Assembly (NCBI RefSeq): GCF_006345805.1
Contig: NC_043002.1
Location: 110,050,001-110,114,000, forward strand
Direction: 5' to 3'
Source: Octopus sinensis
Lineage: Eukaryota
Length of the DNA stretch: 64,000 nt
The translations under genes and the position numbers were made by a program. A model generated the notes under the pieces. That model made no database searches and was not told where the DNA came from. It saw nothing but the letters and a program-made list of their open reading frames with translations. Shown here in pieces: positions 63,771 through 64,000 of this stretch. Numbering within the stretch: the first letter of the stretch is position 1; each line of letters opens with the position of its first letter.

Positions 63771-64000
63771 CACTTTGGCTTCATTAGTAGCTCCATTGTA
63801 CAATACCACTGTGTACTGCACAACAAAAAGCTGTAATTTGTTTGATACCTAGCAGACAGCTCCAGATAAAAAGTTTCCAATGTTCATTACAAGAGCTCCA
63901 ATTACCCAAATTTATACCTCACCATTTCAACAATTCATTTCACAAATTATTTGGGATCTGATTACAAGATTTAGATATACTTAATTGAACATCATCATCA

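Overview
AT-rich, microsatellite-rich eukaryotic DNA. The SINE, RTE and Penelope repeat families point to an octopus or other coleoid cephalopod genome; this is an inference from repeat recognition, not a database match. Most of the window is transposon-derived: tRNA-head SINEs of three families, RTE LINEs and their 3' tails, Penelope-like fragments with hammerhead ribozymes, Helitrons, mariner, hAT, piggyBac-like and other MITEs, and Gypsy remnants. The only host-gene signal is a minus-strand series of ~120-nt, phase 1-1 exons, each encoding one calcium-binding EGF module. These lie at 62803-62922 and 53577-53696 (intact), 46061-46180 (Cys6 encoded as TAT), 38056-38173 (118 nt; read-through gives ...KKLCW-stop) and 2240-2359 (both splice sites G>A, Cys1 and Cys3 lost). 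Four of these five exons are absent from the supplied ORF track. The gene cannot be named from this window. The most notable items are the progressive 3'-ward decay of the exon array (several lesions are G>A changes that A-to-I editing could reverse), exon-restricted homogenisation among copies, several Penelope-type hammerheads, and an open RTE ORF that has lost its YADD motif and carries a PHD finger. No rRNA, true tRNA gene or CRISPR array is supported. Most coordinates for degenerate repeats are approximate (read by eye).
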